Shown: positions 1-13,047 of the stretch, one piece after another | Layout: the number at the start of each line of letters is the position of its first letter | Numbering within the stretch: the stretch's first letter is position 1 | Assembly: GCA_951406725.2 (NCBI GenBank) | Contig: OX597817.1 | Location: forward strand, 140,306,001 to 140,370,000 | Direction: 5' to 3' | DNA: 64,000 nucleotides | Origin: Octopus vulgaris | Lineage: Eukaryota | Notes under the pieces: generated by a model | What the model was told of the DNA's origin: nothing | Database searches by the model: none | What the model saw: only the letters and a program-made list of their open reading frames with translations | Program-made: the position numbers and the translations under genes

Positions 1-19
1 TTTTAATCTGGAGATTTCT

Positions 20-146
20 TTGTTGTTGTTGTTGTTGTTCTTCTTCTTCTTCAGCAACAGCACCACAACAACAACCACCACCACCACCACCACTACTACT
101 ACTATTTCTACTACTGCTGCTACTGCTGCTGTTGCTGCTGCTGCTG

Positions 147-215
<69 letters not shown>
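20..215. repeat. Compound trinucleotide microsatellite (TTG/TTC/CAA/CAC/GCT/TAC)n
   Basis: Read directly; explains ORF 20..220. Confidence 0.95.
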
Positions 216-744
216 AATAAGTCGGGTTGATAGATCACCTCCACTGCTTTGTAATACATCGAAACTAAATTACCTGCTTAATTAGTCCTAGAATAACGGA
301 TACTGAAAATCGAGCTCGAATCCCGCTGCAGGCTTTGTTTGTCCTGGGTCACCTGAATATGACAATTCGGGGCAGACAGAGCCCTGTAACATACTTGCTT
401 GTTATTGTTGTTATTGTGGTGGTGGTTGCTCCTTAGCTCTGGGTCAAACTTAAGCAAATCGACCTGTGATCAAAGGTTATTTTGATACAGGTGGTGGTGG
501 TGGTGGTATGTGGTGGGGAGATGTAGGTAGTAGGGAACTGTATATCTGGGACTACATTATACCATGGTGGCAGACATGTCCGGAGAATGAAGAGATTTTT
601 CCCGTCAATATGAAGTCTTACGTGGAATCTTGGGCAAGTATCTTTATAATTGCCCCACGTTGCCCCAGAGCCTTGTCAGTGAAATTAAACAGATGGAACC
701 TATACAGAATCCCGCTGAATGGATGTTTGTAATTCAAACGCGAC

Positions 745-900
745 ACTGTGACACACTGATACACTGATTCTGTCAAAGAATTATGTTAAGAGTACACGTG
801 TCCCTGGAATACTCGGCCACGTGCACGTCAATTCACTGACTGGACAGTGTTATTGATCAAAAAATTGAAACATTCATCGTCGAAGCCGACGAAGTCCCAT
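745..900 (+). mobile_element. Degraded 3' part of the tRNA-derived SINE family seen intact at 42890-43278
   Basis: gttaagagtacacgtgtc...cattcatcgtcgaagccgacg aligns by eye to 43150-43266. Confidence 0.65.
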
Positions 901-1207
901 CTGTCTTTTTATTTTACATTATCAAAATGCTTTCCCTTGATTTAAGACGATTATGTTTTAAGGGTGATTTGGCTGATATTTCTAGCTGGTCAGTCAACCA
1001 CAAACTTTATAAATCCAACCAAACTGAAATAATTTACTTTGGTCACGTGACTTGTACCAATAAGCGCATTGTCACGTGAGTGAATTGCATAGTTCAAACC
1101 CCACCAATTGATAACGTTAAATATGTCTGAAATGAGGGGCTTGGAGCCCAACTACAGAATGAGAATGATCGCCGTCGTCATCGTTGTCGTCGTGGTTTCA
1201 GCATCTT

Positions 1208-1218
1208 CGTCATCATCA

Positions 1219-1276
<58 letters not shown>
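1208..1276. repeat. (TCA)n/(TCG)n microsatellite
   Basis: Read directly. Confidence 0.95.
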
Positions 1277-1512
1277 GGCTGAAACAGTCTGGTTTTATGA
1301 GACGTTGTGTATGGTCCCAGGGGTCTGTTACCCTATAATGCTGAGTTACACAGCAAAGAACACTCGGAAATGTATGAACATCACAGCTCATTGTTTCTTC
1401 ATTTTTCTAAATTTCCTCTATTCAAACTCAGTGAACAATTGGGCAATGTACCGCTCACCAGATGACTTGGCTCTTTGGTTATTTGTTTCATAGATTTGTA
1501 CAGTGGCCCCCA

Positions 1513-1571
<59 letters not shown>

Positions 1572-1836
1572 TTGTGTGTGTGTGTTCATCGACTCTGTTA
1601 TTGGTGTACGTCTGCGTTTGTTGTCAATTGTGTTGTTTGGTAGATTGTTCGATAGTTTAGTTCATCGATGCCGTCTTCTAACGTCTGCCCTTAATGGACA
1701 ATCTGAATGCTGTTTGATAAATCAGTCTGTTTAGTGTGTATGGGCATATGTGTTTGATGGATATGTGCACAAAGTACTCATGCTTGATCGATTGCCACCG
1801 TGTCGGATGGGTTGTTCTATTGTCAATTGATGTTTA

Positions 1837-2214
1837 CTAGCACTATGACCCGGCAACGCCGGGTCATAGTGCTAGTGCATGCATATACAGCTGCGTGCGT
1901 GCGTGCGCACATACACGCGAGGACTGTCCAAATCTCCGACCAATCACATACAGTTAACTGGCATTCAATTGGCGTATCAAGTTTCGGGCATTTTGATTGG
2001 GTTTTGGATAGAAAATTCACAAAAAAGTCACTTCTATTGATTTTTTTAATGGCTTTGCGGGGTTACTGGGGGAAATGTAAATATGTGCACGACCACCCTT
2101 GGACGGTTTTGAATGACAATAGAAAGTGCGAGCTCTCTAACTGAAAAATTTTGGATTTGTGTAAAGGACACACACACACAGACAGACATTTTGCCGTTTA
2201 TATATAGAGAGAGA
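1837..2214 (-). mobile_element. Non-autonomous Helitron (~378 bp)
   Basis: On the minus strand it starts A|TC(tctctctatatataaac), has a short TG/CTGT tract, and ends in a GC-cored hairpin plus CTAG|T; inserted between A and T with no TSD. Confidence 0.75.
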
Positions 2215-2638
2215 TGTTGAGTTGAAGAGTGCTTGATGAACTTACCAGTTATGTCAATCTCCGTGTGTTTGAGGAATCTGTTACATAGCTTGATTTCAAG
2301 TGTGTACTTGATAAACTTATTCCAATCTGCGCGTTTAATAAACCTGTTCAGTGCATGTTTCATGGATCTGCTTATTGAGTGCTTTCAAATAGATTTCATT
2401 GTTTCTATCAGCCTCCTAAACTCTTTTATGAAACACATTTCTTTCTGCCAACATTTATAAATTCTTACAATGGTAAAATCCTTCCACCTCCCCCAGTATT
2501 TAGCTAGTATTTTATTGTACCGATCTCGTAAAAAGATCAAATGCAAAAGCCAACCTCAGTGAGCGTTGAAATTAGAATAGACGGGGGGGGGGGGTCCGTA
2601 ATTAAATAATTCTGTTGATTTTGCTTAATTCTAACATC

Positions 2639-2676
<38 letters not shown>

Positions 2677-2689
2677 CATAATCATAATC

Positions 2690-2723
<34 letters not shown>

Positions 2724-2724
<1 letters not shown>

Positions 2725-2935
2725 CCTTTCTATTATAGGCGCAAAGCCTGAAATTTGGGGAAGGCGGTAGTCGATTACATCGACCCCAATACTTAATTGG
2801 TACTTATTTCAAGACCTCGAAAGAATGAAGGGCTAAGTCGACCTCGGCGGAAGTTGAACTCAGAACGTTAAAGCTGGGGAAATGCTGCTAAGCATTTTTT
2901 CTGGCGTGCTAACGAGTCTGCCAGCCCGCCGCCTT
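2724..2935 (-). mobile_element. tRNA-derived SINE, family A (Meta/MESC-like central domain), between (AAT)n tracts
   Basis: Reverse complement matches 5444-5676 (A-box-like gctggcagaa..gttagc, B-box gagttcaaattcc, gcctttcatcc..gtcgataaa..agtaccag core); second degraded copy at ~2990-3345. Confidence 0.85.
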
Positions 2936-2936
2936 A

Positions 2937-2985
<49 letters not shown>

Positions 2986-3863
2986 TAATCTTTTCTGCTA
3001 AAGACACAAGGCTTGAAATTTGTGGGGAGGGGACTAGTCGTTTACATCGTCCCCAATGTTTTCAGGGGCTAACCCAAGAAAAGAAGTGTGCCCTTCTAAA
3101 TAATGTTATTACGCCCTTTTTTTCCTGAAATTATATTCCCTTCTGACCTTGTTCTACACCCTACGAAAAATTCCTGGGACTGCATCTGGTTTCAACGGTA
3201 ATTATTTCATCGACCCCCGACCCGAAGGGTTGAAAGGCAAAGTCGACCTCGGTGGAATTTGAATTCAGAACATAAAGACGGACAAAATATCGCTATGCCT
3301 TTTACCGGGCTAATGAGAGAATGATTTCTTGCATTGGCCAATTGGCCACAAGGACACAACATTAGAGACCGTACAAGAACGAAATACAAAAAGAAAAGTT
3401 AATTTTGAGTAAACGCACTTCAGTAGATTCTCCATGAAACTGTATGTCTTTGTATTTACGAGAATACTAAGAAATATCAACGATTGCGTATTTGAAACTA
3501 AACAGTGTACATGACCAGTTGAGAACTTCGTATTCCACTCTGAAGAGTTACCCCACGGTGGTAGTCATCGCTAAATATTTGATGAAGAATTAATAATCCC
3601 GATCAGTTCTGACCCATTTGGGATTCTCTATCTGGGGGGGGGGGGGCGTAGTTTTACGATGCTTTTCTTTTTGTCTTGGCGTTTTGTTGTTGATGATGTT
3701 GATCAAACCTGTCCCAGAATGTATTCTGGCCATGGCCATCCTTTTTTCTTTGAGGTTACGACTCTAATGTGTCCCTCTTCTTTATAAGATATTAAAGTAT
3801 GATTTGAAAGAGATTTGACTGCTGTTTTCCTTACAATTGAACGGACCACACGTTCTCATTTAT

Positions 3864-4274
3864 CGAGCTGGCAGAAACGTTAGCGCGCCGGGGCGAAATG
3901 CTTAGCGGCATTTCGTCTGTCGCTACGTTCTGAGTTCAAATTCCGCCGAGGTCGACTTTGCCCTTCATCATTTCGGGGTCCATTAAATAAGTACCAGTTA
4001 CGCACTGGGGTCGATGTAATTGACTTAATCCCTTTGTCTGTCCTTGTTTGTCCTCTTTGTGTTTAGCCCCTTGTGGGTAGTAAAGAAATAGGCATTTCGT
4101 CTGTCGTTACGTTCTGAGTTCAAATTCCACCGTGGTCGGCTTTGCCTTTCATCCTTTCGGGGTCGACAAATTAAGTACCAGTTACGCACTGGGGTCGATG
4201 TAATCGACTTAATCCCTTTGTCTGTCCTTGTTTGTCTCCTCTATGTTTAGCCCCTTGTGGGCAGTAAAGAAATA
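3864..4274 (+). mobile_element. SINE family A, head-to-tail dimer (184-bp unit)
   Basis: Unit 3907-4090 repeated at 4091-4274. Confidence 0.9.
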
Positions 4275-5199
4275 TATTATTGATCACCGAGTTTTTCCAG
4301 AGACCCTTATTCTATTTTATCCGGCATATTTATAAGCAATCACCTAAATAGGTCATCGTGAATATAAAGAAACTCAGAAAATTGATGGTTTACTGTGTGG
4401 CGAAAGAAATAATTGAAGACTTATGTTCGTTTCCTTGATTTTCTGAGACTGTGGATTCCAGTCTTAAAGACAGTCTCACCAACAGTTTATGATAAGCAGG
4501 TATAGAACTTATTGGTTCATTGGAGGAAGCTTTTGCCCGCAAATACAGACCTTGGCATAATATATAAGTCTTGGAAGGAACATGTACAGGTCTAAAAAAT
4601 GGTGGGTAGTGCTATTCATGATCCCGGGCGAACTCAGCACTGGAATCTGAAGGGCTGTGCGTTCATTTACGTATAGTTCTTTGTTCTTTTGGTGACTTCA
4701 TTCATTGGACTGCGGTCATGCTGCAGCAATACTTGCAACCATCTTATGTTAAACATTGTAGCTGCTCTTCAAGAAGTAAGAATGTTATCCCTAATAATTT
4801 AACTTTCATACTGTCGCAGTTTACTTCAAGATCAGCCACGGTAAAAGACATTCCTTTCACGACCATCTTATGATAATTGCCGGTGAAACATTGCGGGCGG
4901 CGTTCATTTGCGCTCAGTGACCCCTATCCACTATTTACACACCAATATCGACAAGATTTACTGTGGCAAGTTCCAGACTTTACTTTCAGCCTATTATTAT
5001 TTCATTTAATCAGGAGAAAAGCTTGAACGCCACACGTTCATCTAATCAATGAATGTCGGATACTTTCAGTTTCTCAGACAAAGAATTTTAATTCCCCATC
5101 ACATGCAGCTTATTTTAACCCCTTTCCTCAAGAAATAATTTTACGCAATACTACTGCTCACCTTTGGCACACGTCACAACTTGGAGGGCCAAATCAGTG

Positions 5200-5330
5200 T
5201 TTAGCAACCTTTTACTGAATCAGGCTTCAGTAGTAAAGCAATAACGTGCCATTATATACTATCGCTCGTAGTTGCTTCACACCTTTATATATGGGAAACA
5301 TAACAAGTATTCATTGGGCAGACAGAAAAC
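5200..5330 (+). pseudogene. Heavily degraded Penelope-like GIY-YIG endonuclease fragment
   Basis: Translates NVPLYTIARSCFTPLYMGNITSIHWADR, resembling the PLE pattern NVxYxIxCxxCxxxYIGETxxxLxxR. Confidence 0.35.
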
Positions 5331-5443
5331 CTAACTGGTGGACTGGTCAGGGCTACATATCATTGGTCCTTGGCTTCATTTGGCAGAGGGTTCTCTAGCT
5401 GCAGACATTTAGACAAAATCTCCATAACGGTATAACCTGTTCA

Positions 5444-5676
5444 AAGGCGGCGAGCTAGCAGAAGCGTTAGCACGCCGGGCTAAATGCTTAGCGGTATTTC
5501 GTCTGCCGCTACGTTCTGAGTTCAAATTCCGCTGAGGTCGAGTTTGCCTTTCATCCTTTCGGGTTCGACAAATTAAGTACCAGTTACGCACTGGGGTCGA
5601 TATAATCGACTTAATCCGTTTGTTTGTCCTTGTTTGTCCCCTCTGTGTTTGGCCCCTTGTGGGTAGTAAAGAAATA
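5444..5676 (+). mobile_element. SINE family A, full-length monomer
   Basis: Pol III A/B-box-like head; flanked by an imperfect TSD gtat(a/t)acctgttc. Confidence 0.9.
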
Positions 5677-6088
5677 AGTATTACCTGTTCTATTTCTTTC
5701 ACCAGTCTTGAATACACATACTCACGCACACACATACACATACACCCACACACAGACATACACACGCTCGCACCCATATAAAGACCATCCCATAATAGTA
5801 TCGGTGCCCCGATATTATTATGGGATGGTCGTAGATGGAACGCCAATGCGTAGCGGGACAGATTCAGAACCACGTGACAACTGCTTATAATGTCCTCCAA
5901 ACTACATACAGCTCTATATTAATGGAACACCCACTCACACATTCATACATAGAAGCCGAGTTCAAAGGCTTCCCCACAATCAGATGTTTCCGGGTTCGAT
6001 ACGTATATGTGGCTTCTTGCGTAAATATCTTCCACCACAACCTCGGATTAACAGTACGCTACTAGTGACTTTAGAATGGTTGTATGTG

Positions 6089-6141
<53 letters not shown>

Positions 6142-6651
6142 TCATGCGTACGTGCGTGCGTGCGTGGTGACATCACTTGATCTGTCTTCTGGTTTAGAAA
6201 CCACTTCCAGGGCCCTTGTTACCTTTAAGGGTGGCAGATTTAATCTATTCTCTTCCAGTTTCACACCATCAATTGACCTGGTGTAAGAGCAAAGAGCAAC
6301 TCTTAGTTCTGAAGATAACAGATGAGACTTGTCTTTTTCCTCACTCACCCTTCACCACCACCCCACCACCACCACGACAGCAAAGGGTTAAAGATATTTT
6401 CATTTCTTTTCTAATGAAGCCACAAATAATTATTGTATAAGTCTTAAACCCTTGAAGCTTTTAGCTTTGGTCCTATTATAGCAGGGACAACAACGTCAGG
6501 GCAAATACCAGTTATATTTGTGGCACACGCTGCCAAAATGGATTTCAGTACTTGGAAATAATGACTACACACACAAACACACAAAGATGCACACACATGC
6601 ACACATATATTCACACACGCATTCATACATACGTACATGCGCGTGCGAACA

Positions 6652-7765
6652 CATTTTTTTCTATTCTTCAGCTAAAACAGTCTCCAGTTCTTGTAGAGAT
6701 GGTGGTGGACGATATTGATTCCTTACTTGTTTTTCTAAAATGCACAATAACTGTTCAATAATATTGAGATCTGGGGACTGTGGTGGCCATATAAGATGTT
6801 CCTTGTGCCATTCAGTAACAACTTTAGCTGTGTGAATTGGTGCATTATCATCCTGAAAGATTGCGTTTCCCTCCGGAAACGGTTCTGCAAACATGGGATG
6901 AATTTGATAAGACAAAATGCTTAAATAGTCTTGACTATTAATTCTGCCATGAAGTGTAATCATTGGGCCGGCGAATTTCCAAGATATAGCCCCACCAGAT
7001 CATCACAGATCCTTCTCCATGTTTAACAGTTGGAAAAAGGCAGTGTGGATCAAGTGCTTCTTTTGGCTGTCTTCACACGTATACACGGCCAGTGGTTGGA
7101 AATAAGGTAAAGGATGACTCGTCCGAGAAAATAACATTCTTCCACTGCTCTAGGGATCAATTCCGTATGTTTTTACTCCACTTTAAACGCTTTGCAACGT
7201 TTGTTTTTGAAAGTAATTGTTTTCTGATTGCAGCCCTCCCGTGAAATCCGGCTTTGTGCAGCTCCCAGCAAACAGTTTTTGTGGAAACTGGGTTCTCGAG
7301 GTGGTCATTAAGTTCTGCAGTAATTTTGGGAGCTGTACTTTTGTGATCCTTTCTAACAATTTGTTTAAGAGTTCGATGATCCCTATCTGAAAGTCTTGGT
7401 TTTCTTCCGGAGTTTTGTTTTGACGAGGAGGTTTTTCCCTCTTTTTCAAAGACTGCCATTACTTTCGAGACAGTACTATTTAATACACTAAACATTTCGG
7501 CTGTTTGCATTACGCTAGCGCCTGCCATGTGAGCACCAACAATTTGACTTCTTTGAAAGTCCGATAGATCTGTTAGTTTAATGAATGTTAATTACATTTT
7601 TCTAACGATATCTAAAAAGAAACAGCGATTTTAGCAAAATATATAGTGCAACACTAGTAATAAATCAAAAAGCATAAAAATAAGCAAGCTTTTGACGGTT
7701 ATATAGATATTTCAAAATTATGATGCTATGATGCTAGGTGTTTCCATTATTTTGTCCAACCCCTG
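6652..7765 (-). mobile_element. Tc1-like (DD34E) transposon, 3'-truncated, transposase pseudogene
   Basis: TIR CAGGGGTTGGACAAAATAATGGAAAC at 7765 followed by TA; HTH region (ORF 7157..7528, SGRKPRLSDRD); catalytic motifs FSDESSF, FQDDNAPIH, SPDLNIIE; stops and frameshifts. Confidence 0.95.
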
Positions 7766-7775
7766 TATATATATG

Positions 7776-7847
<72 letters not shown>

Positions 7848-8152
7848 CAGATACCCACACACATATGGGTAGATGAAGAGATATATGGATAGTTAAAGGG
7901 AGAATCAGAGAAAGAAAGAAAGAAAGGAAGAAAGAAGAAATGGAAAAAAGAGAAAGAAAAAGAGTCAAACATGTAATTCAGTATCAAAGATGCCAATATC
8001 ACCAAATACCAAATCTCTCTGCTAAAGACTAAGCCGAATTCTTCAAAGCCAGGAAATTCTTCATCTCAGATCAGTTGCTGACTTTCAATAAAACACAAAC
8101 AACACGCACATTTAAGTACTGATACCATATATGGAACAGTGCTACTGTTACA

Positions 8153-8205
<53 letters not shown>

Positions 8206-9032
8206 ACACACACACACACACATCTTCTATGTGGCGTCCTTTAAAAGAGCATCCATCTGATTGACACGGCTTCATTTGCCAACCACAGGCTGTTTCTTAT
8301 CTCTGCCACCAACACATCGATTCTGCTGGTGTAAACCACATTCGCTCTGTTCTATCCAATAAACATGTTTCTGTCATTCTCCGTACCTCAATCCTAACCC
8401 CCGCCACCCACACACACATACACGAAACACCTTCATAACTCATTTCTTCCCAAAGCTGCTGTTTCTCTAGCGAGTCTTTTTACCTTTATTTTTTAAAAAT
8501 TTATTTTCTTTCTTTTCGTCTTCAAAAGTCAATCAACTGAAGTTCACATTTTGCATCAATCGCATCGACCTCACCACGCTTCGACTAATTGTCAAAGACA
8601 ATAGTTTATAAGCGATTGCGTAATTACTAGATAAAGACTTTCGCTCGAGGGCCCCGGCGTCTCTCATTTCTGATCAGTCAATCTCTGTGGAATTTATATC
8701 AAAACATGTGACACAAGCTATCGATTCACTTTCCGTAATCAAAGACCGACTAATCAAAGATTGACTAAGTAGACTTAATGACATCGATACGAACTCTCCC
8801 CTCCCTCTCCCCCTCCCCCCCACTAAATGTGCTGCTCTAGCACGGTCCTAGCCCTTGGGCTGGAACGAATCAAAGTACAACAAAATCGCTCAAGGAACCG
8901 AATCATAATTAAGGACTGTTCCAATTTTAACCCGACTGAACTCCTCAAATGTACACAAAGGATATAGAAATAGAACACAGCATATCTCCATGGCATGATA
9001 TGAGAGATTTAATTTATCTGCGCTCCTAAGTC

Positions 9033-9610
9033 AGCGAGCTGGCAGAAACTTTAGCACGCCGGGCGAAATGGGTAGCCGTATTTCGCACGTCGCCACGTTC
9101 TGAGTTCAAATTCCGCCGAGGTCGTCTTTGCCTTTCATCCTTTCGGGGTCGATAAATTAAGTACCAGTTGCGCACTGGGGTCCATGTAATCGACTTAATC
9201 CGTTTGTCTGTCCTTGTTTGTCCTCTCTGCGTTTAACCCCTTGTGAGTAGTAAAGAAATAGGTATTTCGTCTGCCGTTACGTTTTGAGTTCAAATTCCGC
9301 CGAGGTCGACTTTGCCTTTCATCCTTTCGGGGTCGATTAAATAAGCACCAGTTACGTACTGGGGTCGATGTAATCGACTTAATCCGTTTGTCTATCCTTG
9401 TTTGTCCTCTCTGTGTTTAACCCCTTGTGGGTAGTAAAGAAATAGGTATTTCTTCTGTCTCAACGTTCTGAGTTCAAATTCCGCCGAGGTCGACTTTGCC
9501 TTTCATCCTTTCAGGGTCGATAAATTAAGAACCAGTTGCGTACTGGGGTAGATCTAATTGACTGGCTCCCTCCCCCAACATTTCGGGCCTTGTGCCTAGA
9601 GTGGAAAAAA
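9033..9610 (+). mobile_element. SINE family A, trimer-like multimer
   Basis: Units restart at 9261 and 9445; the last unit ends in the alternative tail also used by the 2724 copy. Confidence 0.9.
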
Positions 9611-9988
9611 TATATATCTGCGTTCGTATGTGTGTGTGTGTGTGTGTAACGCATACATACGTGCACACATAGAATATACCAACAGTATAATATTTTTTAG
9701 AGTTACAATAAACTTCCACACATCACCTCACCGTCGTCTCCAGTCATGGATTTTATATGAATCGAATGAACAAAACTCTTTATATTTCCTTATGAAACGT
9801 TTTAATCAAACTATGAACATTATATAAAACAACGGACTTCCGCTTATATCTCTTATCTTCTCATTTGTTTCTCCTCAAGGCTTTCTTTTCCCATACATTC
9901 AAACCAAATGAAAACTAGCTATGACGTTTGACATACTGGTGTTAGTGTTTAGCCCCAGGCCGTACCTGATCCAGCTGACCTATAATCA

Positions 9989-10418
9989 ATGGACACATTG
10001 AAACTCCGACGTCTGGCAGCTGACTTGGCAGACACCCATAAAATTATTAACTATCTTACAAACAATAACTCTGAGCACCTTTTCAAACTCCACCTGTCTA
10101 ACATCTGTGGACATGTTTACAAAGTCAGAAAACAGCACAGCTCCCATGACTTTTGGAAACATTTTTTCACGCTAAGAGTTGCTGAAGCATGGAACAAACT
10201 GCCGGCATCAGTTGTTAGTTGTCGGAGCACTGCATCCTTCAAAACTTCCATGCTTCCTGAGATTCGCCAACACTACACCTGATTTTCTCCCCTCCATACA
10301 CACGCCAGCATGTATCTGACTCATACACTGTTCGCTTTCCAGACATTTGTACACTACTGCATACACTTTATACGCACTTTTGACAAGTTGTGGTGCACCT
10401 GAGCACTGTATACAATAT
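9989..10418 (+). mobile_element. 5'-truncated CR1-group LINE 3' end
   Basis: ORF 9989..10282 has CR1 ORF2 C-terminal motifs (LRRLAADL, GH..K, KHFFTLRVAEAWNKLP..VV...S...FK); its 3' UTR recurs inverted at 42742-42827. Confidence 0.85.
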
Positions 10419-12220
10419 AGTAATGCCCATTCTTGTTTTCGATCATTTCATTATATTACATGTTTTAGTTTAGGATGTAATGTGAGGATGGTTTGAGAGT
10501 TTGCTATTTCTAAGAGATTAAGCGTTGTGCAAAAGGTTCTCTTGGTTCATTTCCATTTTTTATTTTTACTTTCCTAAATGTAATTTCTTTTTTCTGTTTT
10601 TTCTTTTTTTTTTCTTGTAGTTTTTTTCAAATTTTCGACAAATAGTCGTACAATAAAGGATGGAGTCTCACACATTTTCCGACATCTGAAGACCTTTAAA
10701 ATGGCGTCTTTTAGAGTCAGCATTACATTAAACATTCTCTATAAGAAACGCTAGGGAGCATCTCGATAGTCACTACACATCATAGAAATAGCAGCCATAC
10801 TCCCTCACATCTAAGTAGACAATGTCTCTTACAAAAACTAAAGCTTACAACACCTGTTGTGTAAATCCTAGATATGCAAAAAGATGGGACGGTTAAATTT
10901 GATATACCTAAGATTATAAGGCTTGCTCAACCGGAACTGACCTGGGGCTACAGAACAACGACAACAACAACAACCTATCTGGAATTATCTCACTGTCTTT
11001 GAAATTGGAATCTAAACGAGATCGTTATGTCAGAAATATAAATAACATTATAGTCATATCAAAATTCTGTCTTGATATGGAGATTAAACTGTTAAAAACG
11101 AAACAAAAACAGATTTATTGGTTAACGAAGATACTTTTGCATTTTAAAAGTGAAATTGTGTCTTATAATATCTCTTTAAAATACAATTATTCACGTTGTA
11201 CTTTCTGCTATTGACAATGGTTACAACGTTAAAAGTGAAACACAAACGAAACTCCATAAATCTGCTTTCAACACTGAACGTACTTTGGCTGCTGGCCAAC
11301 TCGGTTTCTTTTCCGCTTCTCTGTTCTAATAATATACTAAAACACTCTTAACTCTTCTTCCCATCACCTTATTGAACGTACACCATTATCACCACCACCG
11401 CCATATAAATCTATGAATTCAATCCAACGAGGCGGTCGTTCAATCTGCCAGATCTAGCAAGCAAATCTCCCTCAAATTTCACCTTGCTGCCTTCAAAAGA
11501 GACAAATACATTGGATAATTTCATCCATTGTCTGGAGAAAGGAAAGCCAGTCGACATGGTAGACGTGGGTGAAGTACGTTTGAGCATCACCCGATTCAAT
11601 TTGGAGCGATCTGATGCTAAACCTCAACAACTACTTCTTCATTGTAACCAACTTGTTTTCCCTTTGTGATGCATACAATAACTGCCCTCCTCGTCCTCTA
11701 ATATCTACACGCTATATATAAAAGATTTACCCACCATATAAGAACGCGTTATGTATAATATCCGCTCGCTTTGCCACAGAATGTCAGCTACCAAATCGGC
11801 CTCCATAAATTATTGGGAGTTCCTCTTAGACTTCTGTTAAAATTCCAGAAATCGGCGATGTTTTTTTAGGAATATCAGTTCAAACCAGTTGTACTGGCTC
11901 GAACTGGGCTGAGGGCCAAGGTTTGGGTGATACTCCGAGGGTGCTAGGGGCAGACTAACGTATTTACTGTTTTACGGTTTTAGTGCAGATTAATTTACTT
12001 ATTACTGTGAATCCAAACAAAATGTTTAATCAATTGAAGTTATAACCACAATGAGAAGACTAAGCCACAAATGTTAATGATAAGTTTTAAGAAAAAAATG
12101 CAAGGGAAAAAACTCCGAAATTCAGGTAAATAAAAGGTGAAAATAGAGATATGAGTGGAAGGTTGGTCTGACGTGTAGTGGACAACCCCGACATGTTTCA
12201 ACCTTTTTGGACATCCTCGG

Positions 12221-13047
12221 TGTTATATAATCATCACAACAAACATGAACAATCAACGTCGCCCATTGTCTCCCTTGATAAAAGGACTTTCACTTTGTTT
12301 CTCGCCAAAACAATTAACTTGTACAACAACGGCAGTCGAATAAAGTATCTTGTATCGTTAACACGTTGTTTCAGTCTCTCTCATTTTCTTAATCTTTCAT
12401 ACTAAGTACTCACTACTTCCTTTAATACTCAATACTATATATATATATAACAACAACATGGTGTCAGAATACTAAAAGAACCCAAAATACAGAAACCAAA
12501 GGGGCAAAATAATTAAAAAACTAGAGCAACCTCGTTCATACTTAGTAATAACAGAGGAAGGAAATACAGTCAAACGAAATAGACAACATATTCTTAAAAC
12601 AAACGAACACGTTCGCATAACAGAAGAATTAGATTATGAAAATATATTTCCAAAATCAACAAACACGCATGAAAAAACAAAAACAGCACAACTACAGAAT
12701 TCAACACTACAAAATAATAAAACCACAAAAAGTGGACGACGAATAATTATTCCCTGTAGATACAGATGATATAAAAAAAATAAAAAAAAATAAATAAAAA
12801 AAAGGAAGATGTTATATAATCATCACAACAAACATGAACAATCAACGTCGCCCATTGTCTCCCTTGATAAAAGGACTTTCACTTTGTTTCCCGCCAAAAC
12901 AATTAACTTGTACAACAACGGCAGTCGAATAAAGTATCTTGTATCGTTAACACGTTGTTTCAGTCTCTCTCATTTTCTTAATCTTTCATACTAAGTACTC
13001 ACTACTTCCTTTAATACTCAATACTATATATATATATAACAACAACA
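12221..13047 (+). mobile_element. TRIM-like miniature LTR retrotransposon derived from Ty3/Gypsy (827 bp)
   Basis: 238-bp LTRs at 12221-12458 and 12810-13047 (TG..CA, one visible mismatch); TSD CTCGG at 12216-12220 and 13048-13052; PBS TGGTGTCAGAA at 12459; purine tract before the 3' LTR. Confidence 0.95.
12503..12769 (+). pseudogene. Gypsy integrase C-terminal remnant inside the mini-LTR element
   Basis: ATG-less open frame GKIIKKLEQPRSYLVITEEGNTVKRNRQHILK...TKSGRRIIIPCRYR*; PRSYxV...G...RNRxH and SGR...P.RY are typical Gypsy pol C-terminal motifs. Confidence 0.8.

Noticed and set aside
3864-9610. CRISPR-like repeat arrays
   Set aside because: Units are 184-bp SINE bodies without unique spacers; eukaryotic context and no cas genes
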